Positions 9,820-20,392 are shown, counted from the first letter of the stretch. The stretch: DNA of 64,000 nucleotides from Candidatus Latescibacterota bacterium (GCA_965208105.1 OZ242318.1:1056001-1120000), one strand, 5' to 3'. The notes: generated by a model from the sequence alone, not told the origin. A program made the numbers and translations.

Positions 9820-10512
9820 ATGATGGCTGCAATACTGATAATCGATGACGACGAAGAACTGACGGACCTTCTAGAGACCTATTTGGGAGATTTCGGATTC
9901 AAGACAACCGCTGTGTCCAGCCCGTCCAAGGGTATAGAGCTTCTTGGAAAAAGCGACTTCGACCTCGTAATTCTCGATGTAATGTTGCCCGAAATGGATG
10001 GATTCAATGTCTGCAAAACCATCCGGGAAACACATACTCTCCCCATAATTATGCTCACGGCTCGTGGAGAAATCACGGATCGTGTTGTCGGGCTGGAACT
10101 CGGAGCAGACGATTATTTACCCAAGCCCTTTGAACCCAGAGAGTTAGTCGCTCGGATTCAGGCGGTCCTCAGGCGGGGGCATAAGCCGGCCAAAAAAGGC
10201 ATTCTTGAAATCGGTGATCTGAAAATCAACCTGGAGAAATATACCGCGACCATTGACGGCGTCTCTTTGGATCTGACAACCACTGAATTCGAAATGCTCG
10301 TCCTGTTAGTCCAAAGTGGCGGCAGAGTCCTCAGCCGCGATTATATCATGCAGAATATTCGGGGCGTAGATTGGACAGCCTTCGACCGCTCCGTTGATGT
10401 TCTTATCTCGAGAATACGTCACAAGCTGAAAGACGATCCGCGAAACCCACACTATATACGGACGATTCGCGGGGCGGGTTATGTGTTTGTCGGCGCGACT
10501 GAGGCCGCATGA
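9820..10512 (+). CDS. OmpR/CpxR-family response regulator
   Basis: IIDDD, ILDVMLP, MLTARG, GADDYLPKPF, RSVDVLISRIRHKL...IRTIRGAGY. Confidence 0.95.
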   Translation: MMAAILIIDDDEELTDLLETYLGDFGFKTTAVSSPSKGIELLGKSDFDLVILDVMLPEMDGFNVCKTIRETHTLPIIMLTARGEITDRVVGLELGADDYLPKPFEPRELVARIQAVLRRGHKPAKKGILEIGDLKINLEKYTATIDGVSLDLTTTEFEMLVLLVQSGGRVLSRDYIMQNIRGVDWTAFDRSVDVLISRIRHKLKDDPRNPHYIRTIRGAGYVFVGATEAA

Positions 10513-11822
10513 CAGTTCCTTCCACGATCAATATCAAGCGATCGCTCTTCCTCAAGATCTCTTTATTGCTTTTCTTCGCTGTCTCGATCATGACAACTGG
10601 TCTCTTTTTAATTGAAGAAAAAGAAATGGAGAGCGAAATCGTGCCTGTGATATCCGATCTCATGGTCAGGCACGCACAAGGTATTGTTGCCGGCCTTGGC
10701 TCCCAACCCGAGGTGAACCAGCTACAACAAATAGCAGATAGTTTGCAAGTAGAAATCTGGTATGAGAGTGATGGCGTAGCTTGGCAGAGTGACCCAGATA
10801 TGCAGGTGAAGGACAGAGCGGCCATGAAGCCGTACAAGGATGACGAGCGAATCAGGGTTATGAACAGTGACGAGGGCGATGAGCTCTTCGTTGACCTGGA
10901 CTTAGAGCATGGTCATTATCAGTTCAATTTCCTTAAAGCCGAGTTTCTCGATCAAGACGAAATATATTTTCTCACCTCCCTTGGGCTCGTCGTATTCTCT
11001 TTTTTTATCATATATCTCCTTCTTCGCAGCCAGCTCAAGCCGATAAAAGCGCTGCATGAGGGCGTAAGAGAGATTGGGGAGGGCAACCTGGATTTCGAGA
11101 TCGAGACGAATCGGGTTGATGAGCTTGGCCAGCTCGCTCTGTCATTTAATCGTATGACGCAGCGGATCCGGAAATCGCTTCTCGCTCGCGACCAACTGCT
11201 GCTCGATGTGAGTCATGAGCTACGATCCCCTTTGACGCGCATGTTAGTCGCTATTGAGTTTCTGGAGAACAATAAGACCAAGCAGACGCTATACAAAAAT
11301 ATCAAGAATATGGAGTCAATGGTTACGGAAATCCTGGAAAACGAACGCATGAACAGCCCTCATGGAGGTCTCCAAACCGAATCGATTAATATTCTCGACT
11401 TATTAATGGATCTGTGCAAGAATCACCAGGGCCAGGAGCCAGGTGTCGTGCTTCAGTGTTCCCCGGAGGATCTTATTGTGACCGTCGACCCGACAAGAGT
11501 GACCACGGTCTTGAATAATCTCCTTTTGAATGCCATTAGACATTCAAATGCGACCGATCCCATCGAGGTCAGCTGTACCCGGGAACGAGACAAGATTCTT
11601 ATTAAAGTTCAGGACTATGGCTCAGGCATTCCGCAGGATGATCTACCACATATTTTCGAGCCCTTCTACCGGGTTGATAAATCCCGCTCGAAACAAACCG
11701 GAGGCTATGGTCTGGGTATGAGCGTATGCAAGAAGATCATGGAAGCACACGGCGGCCAGATCGACATTTCAAGCTCACCGAACAAAGGGACATGCGTTCT
11801 CCTTACCTTCCCTATGAGATAG
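10509..11822 (+). CDS. HAMP-domain sensor histidine kinase
   Basis: Two TMs, HAMP (DELGQLALSFNRM), SHELRSPL, N/G1/F/G2 boxes; ATGA overlap with the regulator. Confidence 0.95.
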   Translation: MTVPSTINIKRSLFLKISLLLFFAVSIMTTGLFLIEEKEMESEIVPVISDLMVRHAQGIVAGLGSQPEVNQLQQIADSLQVEIWYESDGVAWQSDPDMQVKDRAAMKPYKDDERIRVMNSDEGDELFVDLDLEHGHYQFNFLKAEFLDQDEIYFLTSLGLVVFSFFIIYLLLRSQLKPIKALHEGVREIGEGNLDFEIETNRVDELGQLALSFNRMTQRIRKSLLARDQLLLDVSHELRSPLTRMLVAIEFLENNKTKQTLYKNIKNMESMVTEILENERMNSPHGGLQTESINILDLLMDLCKNHQGQEPGVVLQCSPEDLIVTVDPTRVTTVLNNLLLNAIRHSNATDPIEVSCTRERDKILIKVQDYGSGIPQDDLPHIFEPFYRVDKSRSKQTGGYGLGMSVCKKIMEAHGGQIDISSSPNKGTCVLLTFPMR

Positions 11823-11857
11823 CCTGAATAGCCTCGCGTCCTCTTCTTCGCATTATC

Positions 11858-12115
11858 TGCACGTTTACATCTCATTACAATTGGTTACAAAGCAGCAATC
11901 TTCGATTAATAACTGGCTCGTAGTATTAGTCATGTCGCCTGGATCGATGCTTGATCCAGATACTGTGTAACAGATCCCGCGATAAAATACAGCGGTCTGA
12001 TGCGCATGGCTAAAACGCAGTTATCAATCAGGATAGGTGCATTATGATTAAATCCATCGCATTCCCAATGGCGTGTCTGTTGCTGCTGCCAGGCACGAGC
12101 ATCGCAGCCCAGGAG
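11858..12115 (+). repeat. Copy 2 (intact) of duplicated promoter/leader, including TTACA x3 box at 11865-11889
   Basis: Similar to 7723-7977; continues into the intact TonB receptor start at 12044. Confidence 0.92.
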
Positions 12116-14416
12116 AGATTTACCGTCAGCGGTTATGTCAAAGATGCCGCCGACGGCGAAGCCATACCCGGCGTCAACATCGCCGTATCGGCCATGGAGG
12201 CAGGCACAACGACGAACGCCTACGGCTATTACGCACTGCGGCTCCCCGCAGGCACTCATATGGTCGCGTTCACCTTTATCGGCTATGACGCGATTGTACG
12301 TCCTGTTGACCTCAATCAAGATCAAGTGCTCAATATCGAATTGGCCGCGGCAGCAATAGAGCTGACCCAGACCACTGTGAGCGCCGAGCGAGTCGATGAG
12401 AATGTCGGCTCCATCGAAATGAGCGCCGCCGAATTGGATATAAAGACCGTAGAGCGCGCGCCCGCCGTTTTGGGCGAAGCCGATCTGGTGCAAACAATCC
12501 AGTTGTTGCCGGGGGTGACGACCGTACGCGAAGGGGCTGCGGGATTTAACGTGCGCGGCGGGGCAGCAGATCAAAACCTGGTCCTGCTCGATGAAGCCAT
12601 AGTCTACAATGCGGCGCACCTCTTCGGCTTCTTCTCGGTCTTCAATGCCGACATCACCAAAGACATCAGGATCTACAAAGGAGGGATCCCTGCCCAGTAT
12701 GGCGGGCGGTTGTCCTCGGTGTTAGATGTGCGGCAAAAAGAGGGCAATGCCAAAAAGTTCCGGGGCAAGGCAGGCATAGGGGTCCTGTCGGGGCGCATGC
12801 TACTGGAAGGCCCGATCGCCGAAGGTCGTGGATCCTATGTAGTCGCCGGACGCCGTTCTTATGGCGACATCTTTTATAATGCGTTCAGCAGCGACAACAG
12901 CACCGCTCATTTCTACGACGTCAATTTTAAAGGCAACTACAATATCAACGACAACAACCGCCTCTTCGTCTCGGGTTATCGCGGCAGGGATGCCTTCAAA
13001 GTCGCTGATATTTTCGGCAACGCCTGGGGCAATACCACCACCACCGTCCGCTGGAACCGTCTCTTCAGCCGGAGATTGTTCGCCAATTTCACAGGCGTGT
13101 TCAGCCGCTACAGCTACGATAGCGATACGTTTACCGCTGGGGCGGAGCACAATTGGCTGTCCCACATCACCAACTTCAAGTTCAAATCTGATTTCTTCTA
13201 CTCATTGACCGAGGGGAATTCGCTCAATTTCGGCGCCAGCAGTATCTATTACGGCTTCACTCCTGCCAATATCAAACCTATCGGGAAAACGTCTTCGGTT
13301 GTTGCGGCGAAGCTGGATCGACAGAAGGCTGTAGAGCCAAGCGCTTATGTCAGCTTGGACCATCGACTCACCGACTTCCTCTCGTTCCAATATGGGTTGC
13401 GTCTGTCGGCGTTCAGTCGTCAGGGGGGGCAGGATTTACCCGTCTATCGCGACAACCAGCCGATCGTATACAACGAGACCTTGGGCCGGTATGAAGCGGG
13501 GGTAATCAAAAGCATCACCTCGTATGAAAACTGGAAGAACGTAAAAAGCTTTACGGGTCTGGAGCCCCGCGTATCGGCGCGATGGTCGCTGACGGAATCC
13601 AGCTCGATCAAGGCAAGCTACAATCGCACCCGGCAGTATATCCACCTCATCTCCAATACGACCGCATCCCAGCCCCTGGATATCTGGAGACCCAGCGGCC
13701 CCTTTGTCGAACCACAGACAGCCGACCAGATCGCCGGTGGATATTTCCGAAACTTTCGGGAGAATGTGTACGAAGCTTCGGTCGAAGCCTATTACAAGAA
13801 GATGAACAATCTGATCGACTACTTCGACGGGGCCCATCTGACATTCAACAACAACCTGGAGACCGAGCTATTGAAGGGCAAGGGCCGATCCTACGGCGTA
13901 GAGCTGATGGTGCGCAAACGCACGGGACGCTTGACTGGTTGGCTGGGCTATACGTGGTCGCGCACCGAGCGCCAGGTCCCTGGATTGGGCGGCGGCGATC
14001 CGGGCATCAACAATGGGGAATATTATCCGGCTAACAATGACAAGGCACACGATCTGACCTTGACCACCGTATACGCCCTTAAACCGCGTTGGTCCCTATC
14101 GACAAACTTCGCCCTGTCTACGGGTACGCCCACGACTTTCCCGATCAGCCGCTACGAGTTCGCCAATTTCACCGTTCCGCAGTATGAGACGCGGAATGGG
14201 GCTCGCTTGCCGGCCTATCACCGCCTGGATTTGGGACTGACCTACACCACGGCCAATGACCACAGTTGGGTCTTCAGCATCTACAATCTGTATAACCGAC
14301 ACAATGCCGCTACAATCAGTGTCCGACAAAGCGAGAAGGACAAGCTCGTCACCCAAGCTGTACAGACTTCGATTTTCGGCATCCTTCCCAGCATAACCTA
14401 TAACCGGAGCTTTTAA
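12044..14416 (+). CDS. TonB-dependent receptor with N-terminal carboxypeptidase-regulatory-like domain
   Basis: Signal peptide, TVSGYVKDA...TNAYGYY, plug LLPGV...NVRGG...DQN...YGGRLSSV, RLPAYHRLD, terminal Phe. Confidence 0.93.
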   Translation: MIKSIAFPMACLLLLPGTSIAAQERFTVSGYVKDAADGEAIPGVNIAVSAMEAGTTTNAYGYYALRLPAGTHMVAFTFIGYDAIVRPVDLNQDQVLNIELAAAAIELTQTTVSAERVDENVGSIEMSAAELDIKTVERAPAVLGEADLVQTIQLLPGVTTVREGAAGFNVRGGAADQNLVLLDEAIVYNAAHLFGFFSVFNADITKDIRIYKGGIPAQYGGRLSSVLDVRQKEGNAKKFRGKAGIGVLSGRMLLEGPIAEGRGSYVVAGRRSYGDIFYNAFSSDNSTAHFYDVNFKGNYNINDNNRLFVSGYRGRDAFKVADIFGNAWGNTTTTVRWNRLFSRRLFANFTGVFSRYSYDSDTFTAGAEHNWLSHITNFKFKSDFFYSLTEGNSLNFGASSIYYGFTPANIKPIGKTSSVVAAKLDRQKAVEPSAYVSLDHRLTDFLSFQYGLRLSAFSRQGGQDLPVYRDNQPIVYNETLGRYEAGVIKSITSYENWKNVKSFTGLEPRVSARWSLTESSSIKASYNRTRQYIHLISNTTASQPLDIWRPSGPFVEPQTADQIAGGYFRNFRENVYEASVEAYYKKMNNLIDYFDGAHLTFNNNLETELLKGKGRSYGVELMVRKRTGRLTGWLGYTWSRTERQVPGLGGGDPGINNGEYYPANNDKAHDLTLTTVYALKPRWSLSTNFALSTGTPTTFPISRYEFANFTVPQYETRNGARLPAYHRLDLGLTYTTANDHSWVFSIYNLYNRHNAATISVRQSEKDKLVTQAVQTSIFGILPSITYNRSF

Positions 14417-14418
14417 CC

Positions 14419-15285
14419 ATGAAAAACATACAAATCGCCATCTGGATGGCAGCGCCCCTGTTCACAGCGTGTGAGAGAGTCGTCGATATAGATGTGGAAG
14501 AAGGGCCGGAACGGCTCGTTGTCGAGGGGCGCATCGAGCGCAATATAGACGACCCGGATGCGGTGCAGTCTCTCCGGTTGTCTACCACGGCTCCCTACTT
14601 CAGTAACGAGCCAACCCCCGCGGCCAGCGGAGCAGAGGTGGTCGTGCTGGACGACTCAGGCAACACCTATCCCTTTACCGAGTCGTCGGATCAACCCGGC
14701 ATCTACGAAAACGGGGATATGCGTCCCGAGGTCGGGCGGGCCTACACCCTTGAAATTGATCTTGACGGCGAATCCTATCGAGCGGTCGAAACATTACTTC
14801 CCGTTGCGCCCATCGACCGGATCTACCAGCAATTCAACAAATCTAACCCGTTCGAGGAGGAAGGCATCCATGTAAAGATCGATTATCAAGATGTCGCCGG
14901 TCGCGAAGACTACTATCTGTGGGAGCAGTTCGCCGATGGTGTATCGCAAGCCAAGCCCGATGACGGTAATGAGTTCAATTTCGTCGGATCGGATGATTTG
15001 TATGACGGGGAGTGGGCCATCGGCTTCGAGCCGAACGAAGAAGCGACCGTAGAACCGGGCCAATTGATCCGCGTACGACAGCTCTCGTTATCAAAAAGGG
15101 CCTTTGACTATTATTTCCTGATCTTCCAGCAGACGGGGCAAAATCCGGTCTTCCCTACCCCTGCGGCCTTGGTTCGTGGCAACGTTGAGAATCTGACCAA
15201 TCCCGACCATTATGCATTGGGGTATTTTGGCGCCAGCGAAGTGGATGTTGCGGAGCTGGTTATCGTGGAAGAAGACGCGCCATGA
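14419..15285 (+). CDS. DUF4249-family lipoprotein
   Basis: FTAC lipobox followed by ERVVDIDV...LVVEG; GNVEN...ALGYFGAS C-terminal motif; typical partner of this receptor type. Confidence 0.85.
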   Translation: MKNIQIAIWMAAPLFTACERVVDIDVEEGPERLVVEGRIERNIDDPDAVQSLRLSTTAPYFSNEPTPAASGAEVVVLDDSGNTYPFTESSDQPGIYENGDMRPEVGRAYTLEIDLDGESYRAVETLLPVAPIDRIYQQFNKSNPFEEEGIHVKIDYQDVAGREDYYLWEQFADGVSQAKPDDGNEFNFVGSDDLYDGEWAIGFEPNEEATVEPGQLIRVRQLSLSKRAFDYYFLIFQQTGQNPVFPTPAALVRGNVENLTNPDHYALGYFGASEVDVAELVIVEEDAP

Positions 15286-15506
15286 AGATTTGCCAGGCAG
15301 CCCGTCACTACCGGCCTCGGAAAGCTATCTCCAAGCATGCTCGTACTTGCTCTGGAAGAAGAGAGCCTCCATCAGGTCGGTTGAAGCCTGTCAGGGTGGT
15401 GCCGGAGTGCCAATTTTTGTTATCCTTGCGGTGGCGCCTGCCGTCCAGGCAGGCTGGTGGGGCTTGATCTCGAGGGGGACCCTTCAGAAGAGAAACGGAG
15501 GTCAAT

Positions 15507-16931
15507 ATGACCGCAGCTATCGACGAAATCCTGGCGTTCGCTCCGGCCTCGGAGCTTCGAAAGCTCATCGCCGGCAAGGAACTATCCCCCGTGGAGCTCA
15601 CGGAGATGTATCTCAGGCGCATCGACCGTCTCGACTCTCGCCTCGACTCCTATCTCACGGTGGCCCACGACCAGGCCATGTCCGCCGCGCGGTCGGCGGA
15701 GGAGGCCGTCATGCGCGGCGACGACCTCGGCCCGCTCCACGGTCTGCCCATATCGATCAAGGACCTTGAATTGACCAGGGGTTTGAGGACGACCTCAGGA
15801 TCACTGATCTTCGAGGACAGGGTGCCCGACGAGGACTCGGTCGTGGTGGAGCGCGTCCGGCAGTCGGGCGCGGTGATCCTGGGCAAGACCAACACGCCTG
15901 AGTTCGGGCAGTCGGGAACGACCGACAACCGCCTGGGCGGCCCGTGCCGCAACCCGTGGAACACGGAGCGCACCACCGGAGGCTCCAGCGGCGGCGCGGG
16001 CGCGTCTACGGTTGCCGGCTTATGCGCCCTGGCCCAGGGCAGCGACGGGGGCGGCTCCATCCGCATACCTTCGAGCTTCTGCGGCGTCTACGGCCTGAAG
16101 CCGACGCAGGGGCGGGTGCCCTATTACGCCGGTCCCAGTCCCGCAATCCCCAACCACTTCAGCCAGGCGGGTCCGATGACCAGGGCGGTCGCGGACGCCG
16201 CGATGCTGCTTCAGGTGCTCGCCGGCCACGACCCCAGGGACCCGTCGTCGATACGCCAGGCCCCTCCCGACTTCCTGGCCGCGCTGGACAGGGACGTCTC
16301 AGGGCTGAGAATGGCCTGGAGCCCGGACTACGGCTACGCCGCCGTCGACCCGGAGGTCGTCGAAGTCGCGTCCCGCGCGGCGATGGCCTTCGAGGAGGTG
16401 GGATGCACCGTCGAGGGCTCCGACATCAGCCTCGATTCGCCGTTCGATGCCTTCTGGACCTTGTTCAGCGCGGTGGGCTACACCCGACTCGGCCTTCTCC
16501 TCGAAAAGGCCGACATGCTGACCGACTATGCCCGGGAGTGCATCGAGAAGGGGGCCTCGGTCACGGGGGCCGACTACGCTGCCTCCCTGGCCTACCTCGA
16601 CCGTCTCAGGCAGCAGTTCGCCGATCTATTCGACGACTACGACCTGCTGTTGTCTCCGACGATGGCCGTGCCGGCCTTCCCGGTGGACGGCCGGCCCGCC
16701 CGGATCGCGGGCCGCGACGTAGACAGCCTCTGGGGATTCCTGCCATTCACCTATCCCATAAACATGATCGGCCATCCCGCTGCAAGCATCCCCGCGGGCT
16801 TCTCTACCGAGGGCATGCCAATAGGACTGCACATCGTCGGCCGGTGGGGAGACGAGGAAACGGTGCTCGCCGCGTCCGCCGCCTTCGAGAAGGCCAGGCC
16901 CTGGATCGAGGGCAGGCCGCCGGTCTCCTGA
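15507..16931 (+). CDS. Amidase-signature family amidase
   Basis: GPLHGLPISIKD, GKTNTPEFG, GGSSGG, GSDGGGSIRIP. Confidence 0.93.
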   Translation: MTAAIDEILAFAPASELRKLIAGKELSPVELTEMYLRRIDRLDSRLDSYLTVAHDQAMSAARSAEEAVMRGDDLGPLHGLPISIKDLELTRGLRTTSGSLIFEDRVPDEDSVVVERVRQSGAVILGKTNTPEFGQSGTTDNRLGGPCRNPWNTERTTGGSSGGAGASTVAGLCALAQGSDGGGSIRIPSSFCGVYGLKPTQGRVPYYAGPSPAIPNHFSQAGPMTRAVADAAMLLQVLAGHDPRDPSSIRQAPPDFLAALDRDVSGLRMAWSPDYGYAAVDPEVVEVASRAAMAFEEVGCTVEGSDISLDSPFDAFWTLFSAVGYTRLGLLLEKADMLTDYARECIEKGASVTGADYAASLAYLDRLRQQFADLFDDYDLLLSPTMAVPAFPVDGRPARIAGRDVDSLWGFLPFTYPINMIGHPAASIPAGFSTEGMPIGLHIVGRWGDEETVLAASAAFEKARPWIEGRPPVS

Positions 16932-16956
16932 CGCCCCTGCCTGCGGATGCCGGGTT

Positions 16957-17577
16957 CTATCCCGGCCACTCCGGCCTCGCCATCGTGAAGAAGCTGTCCA
17001 CCTCGACGAAATCGAGGTAGCCCAGCCTTCCGACCGGCCGCAGCTTGAGGAAGTCCACGCGCCCGTCCACCAACACGCTGTCGTCTATGTGGACGCCTGC
17101 GACTTCGCCGAAGACTACGGTGTTCGGATCGTCGGGGTTGTCCGACAGCACCTCCAGCGAGGTTGTGTAGCGGCACTCCAGGTGGACCGGGCTCTCTGCC
17201 ACGCGGGGACAGCTCACCAGCCTGCTCTCCGCCTTGGTGAGCCCGGCGTATTCGAACTCGTCGACCTCGCGCGGGGCCGGAACGGCGGAGGCGTTCATCT
17301 GCTCGCGCAGCTCCCACGTGGCGACGTTCACGACGAACTCCCCGGTGGCCTGAGCGTCGGCCACCGCGTCCTTCAGACCGCCGAACTTGTGGTTGCTCGT
17401 GGCCGAGAACATCACCTGCGGGGGAGTGTAGGCCACAGCGTTGAAGAACGAGTAAGGCGCGAGGTTCGGGACGCCTTCGGCGCTGAGAGTCGATATCCAG
17501 CCGATGGGCCTGGGGACGACAATCGCGTTGAGCGGGTTGTGGGGCAGCCCGGACCCATCCTTGGGTTCATAGAACAT
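16957..17577 (-). CDS. Flavin reductase-like family protein
   Basis: VPRPIGWIST...NLAPYSFFN, ESPVHLEC, GRLGY. Confidence 0.9.
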   Translation of the reverse strand: MFYEPKDGSGLPHNPLNAIVVPRPIGWISTLSAEGVPNLAPYSFFNAVAYTPPQVMFSATSNHKFGGLKDAVADAQATGEFVVNVATWELREQMNASAVPAPREVDEFEYAGLTKAESRLVSCPRVAESPVHLECRYTTSLEVLSDNPDDPNTVVFGEVAGVHIDDSVLVDGRVDFLKLRPVGRLGYLDFVEVDSFFTMARPEWPG

Positions 17578-17621
17578 TGAAGCCTCCGGTCTGAACTCTG
17601 TGCGCCCCGCGCCGCGATGTC

Positions 17622-19109
17622 TCAGGTCGATTGACGGTCCGCCCCGGGCCGGCCGAACTCCCAGGAGTGGAGCGTCGCCCTCATCATCTCGAAGCGCACG
17701 GTGATCTTCGTTCCGGCCAGCCCCGATAGATCCGCACTGCCGCGCCAGCTCACCTCGCGCCCGAACTCGTCCCCGGCGAGCGGGTCGCAGTCGGCGAAAT
17801 CAAACCTCTCCAGTGGCTCTGTTTTTTCCGGCGGATATGGCAGATCCTTGTAGAGCGCGGCGCGAATCCAACCGCCCCGTTCGGTGGAATAGTTGAGTCG
17901 CAGCGGCCCGCCTTCCGCCATGCTGCCGATCAGCGAAAAGCTGCCATGGTCCTCCGCGCGCAGGCCGCCGATCCGGTCCCGGGGCCAGGTAGCCCAGGCG
18001 ACATGGCTGCGCTTGTCCCTGTCGAGATAATAGCCTTCGTTGTGCCTGGCATCGCTCGCCCCGTACGGCACCGCCATGCGGCCGTCTTCCAGAACCAGCA
18101 ACTCGGTCCCGACGTACGGCCCCCCTTCCTCGCCGCTTCCGCTTCCACCACAGGCCAGGACCGGAGTTCGCCCCGCCCGCGTCCAGTTGATGCCATCGCG
18201 GCTAACCGCCAGGAACACATCCACCTTGTCGTTGAGCTGGTCGAAGACCGAGGGAAACATCATGTGGAGACCGGCGCCGGGATAGGGCGAATAGGCATTG
18301 GTGTAGAAGGAGTGGCTGGGTCCGTCCTCCAGGCCGGGCACGACGATCGTTTCCGGTTTGGCCCACCGGCGAAAATCATCTGTCTCGGCGCGCCCGATGG
18401 CGCGGCGGCCGTTGGCGTGGGTGCGAAAAAACCCCACGTAGGTGCCCCGGTCGCCGTCGTAGCGGCAGATGGTCTGGGTATCGCAGAACATCTCGAACAG
18501 GATGTCCTCCAGCGCGGTCCAGTTGACGCCGTCGGGAGAGACCGCACCGCGATGGGTGCCGATCAGCTGTACTTCCTTCCGCATCTCATCCCTCGAGTAC
18601 CCCGCCTCTCCCAATTCGCGCCACCGGCGCAGTCCCTCTTCAGCGGTGATCTCCTTGCCCTTGTCGAACCACTGGGGGCAGTGGCCTATCCGTTTGTAGC
18701 GCTCGGCGGGAGGTGCGCTCGGATCGATGAAGGTGCAGCCGGTCCGCACCCCCGGTCCTCGCCGGCAGATATTGTTGAGGTGGGAACCGTTGAATTCGAA
18801 CAGTCCCAGTTCGGGCCGTGTCCACGACAAGCCTTCCTCGCTCTCGGCGTAGCAGAGCAGCTGATCGTTGATGCCCTTGCCGCACTGCGTTCCGTACCAC
18901 ATCCGGTACTTGCCGCCGTCGCGGAACACCGTGACATGGCTCAGGCCGCCTTCCCATGGCATTTCGTCGGTGAGGACAGGTGCCGAGCGTTCGGCCTGGT
19001 TGAATATCAACCGCACGCCCCGGGGAGGATGATAGTGGTAGGCCCTGCCGTCCGGCTCGTAGCCGGCGAAACCGGAATAGATGTCGGCGTAGTCAAGTAA
19101 CGGGCGCAT
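17622..19109 (-). CDS. Putative five-bladed beta-propeller glycoside hydrolase-like protein
   Basis: YRMWY, YAESEEGLSWTRPELG, SPDGVNW, SRDGINW repeats; paralog of 36850-38439; start ATG 19109 after AAAGGAG. Confidence 0.65.
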   Translation of the reverse strand: MRPLLDYADIYSGFAGYEPDGRAYHYHPPRGVRLIFNQAERSAPVLTDEMPWEGGLSHVTVFRDGGKYRMWYGTQCGKGINDQLLCYAESEEGLSWTRPELGLFEFNGSHLNNICRRGPGVRTGCTFIDPSAPPAERYKRIGHCPQWFDKGKEITAEEGLRRWRELGEAGYSRDEMRKEVQLIGTHRGAVSPDGVNWTALEDILFEMFCDTQTICRYDGDRGTYVGFFRTHANGRRAIGRAETDDFRRWAKPETIVVPGLEDGPSHSFYTNAYSPYPGAGLHMMFPSVFDQLNDKVDVFLAVSRDGINWTRAGRTPVLACGGSGSGEEGGPYVGTELLVLEDGRMAVPYGASDARHNEGYYLDRDKRSHVAWATWPRDRIGGLRAEDHGSFSLIGSMAEGGPLRLNYSTERGGWIRAALYKDLPYPPEKTEPLERFDFADCDPLAGDEFGREVSWRGSADLSGLAGTKITVRFEMMRATLHSWEFGRPGADRQST

Positions 19110-19276
19110 CGCATCTCCTTTCGGTCGGGGCTCCGTTAATGTATTTGTCTGGAAAAAATGCTGCGATACTTGGCGCGGTGTCACTCATTGATCACGGGGG
19201 GCCCATCCGCCAAGGGTTCTCCCAACCGCAATTCCCCCACCATACTGATCTAAATTGATTGGATTCGAATATCCTT

Positions 19277-20392
19277 CTAACGCACGAAGGACCGCTGAAT
19301 CTCCTCGGGCGTCCGGTGGGAATACTCGAACGCATCTATATCCAGTATCGGATGAGCCGCGGCGATCGACTCATCCACGTCGCATCCAAGGCCGGGAGCC
19401 TCGGGCACGAGGATAGCGCCCCCTTCTTCCTGGATGCATCCCGGCGCCACGTCGTATCGCCAGGGGACGTCATCCGCCTTGTGTTCGAGGAAGATGCAGT
19501 TGGGGATCGACGCGAGCACGTGCAGGTTCGCCATCTCGATGATCGGCCCCACGGAGCCGTCGTGAGGGGCCACGGTCACCGATTGGGCCTCGGCCATGGC
19601 CGCCAACTTCTTGAGCTCGGTGATCCCGCCCAGGCGGGTAGTCTCCGGCTGCACGATATCCACCAGGTTGCGCGCCAGCAGCTCCGAAAAGGCCCACTTG
19701 GTCGCGAAACGCTCTCCCGTTGCCAGTGGAACCGCGACCTTCTCAGCAACCTTCGCGAAAGCCTCGACATTCTCCGGCACCACGGGGTCCTCCAGAAACA
19801 TGGGACGGTACGGCTCGCATCCCCGTCCGAGCTGGATGGCGGCGGACGGGGTCATTTCCGCGTGACAGTGAACGCCGATCTCCACCTCGTATCCCACCGC
19901 CTCGCGCAAGCTTTTAATCGTTTCGATCTTCGGCCCGCACTTGAAGAACCTGTAGCCGCGATCGATCAGCCTCTCCGCCTCCGCCGGCGTGCTGGCGTGA
20001 CCGTACACCGGAATTCTGTCCCGCATCTTGCCGCCCAACAGCTCCCAGACCGGAACGCCGAGCGCCTTGCCCTTTATGTCCCACAGGGCACAGTCGAGAG
20101 CGCTGATCATCCCACCACGCACCGACCCCGTTACCCCGTGACCGTGCAGGATATCGTAGAGCCTGAGCCAGAGTCTTTCGATCTGGAAGGGGTTTTCGCC
20201 GATCACGAAGTGTTTCATCTCCTGGATCGCCTTCTCCACGATAAACGGCCAGCCGCCTCCTTCGCCTACGCCGGTCACGCCCTCGTCGGTGAAAACCTTG
20301 ACGAACAACCAGTTCCGTCCACGGGGGCGCGAGTTCATCGACGAACCCTCGTTCGCGTTGACCAGATAGGTTTTAACATCGGTGATCTTCAT
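19277..20392 (-). CDS. Mandelate racemase/galactonate dehydratase-like enolase-superfamily enzyme
   Basis: MKITDVK, TDEGVTGVGE, ALWDIKGKALGVPVWELLGG, FLEDP, ATGER, GGITE, APH. Confidence 0.9.
   Translation of the reverse strand: MKITDVKTYLVNANEGSSMNSRPRGRNWLFVKVFTDEGVTGVGEGGGWPFIVEKAIQEMKHFVIGENPFQIERLWLRLYDILHGHGVTGSVRGGMISALDCALWDIKGKALGVPVWELLGGKMRDRIPVYGHASTPAEAERLIDRGYRFFKCGPKIETIKSLREAVGYEVEIGVHCHAEMTPSAAIQLGRGCEPYRPMFLEDPVVPENVEAFAKVAEKVAVPLATGERFATKWAFSELLARNLVDIVQPETTRLGGITELKKLAAMAEAQSVTVAPHDGSVGPIIEMANLHVLASIPNCIFLEHKADDVPWRYDVAPGCIQEEGGAILVPEAPGLGCDVDESIAAAHPILDIDAFEYSHRTPEEIQRSFVR

Noticed and set aside
11858-12043. Cobalamin riboswitch upstream of the TonB receptor or radical SAM gene
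   Set aside because: No recognisable B12-box or GGGAA/GCCACTG core; only a short hairpin and direct repeats.
19277-20392. Dehydratase as a sixth cassette
   Set aside because: No downstream attC-like site, and the bases after the last junction complete the palindromic attachment site instead.
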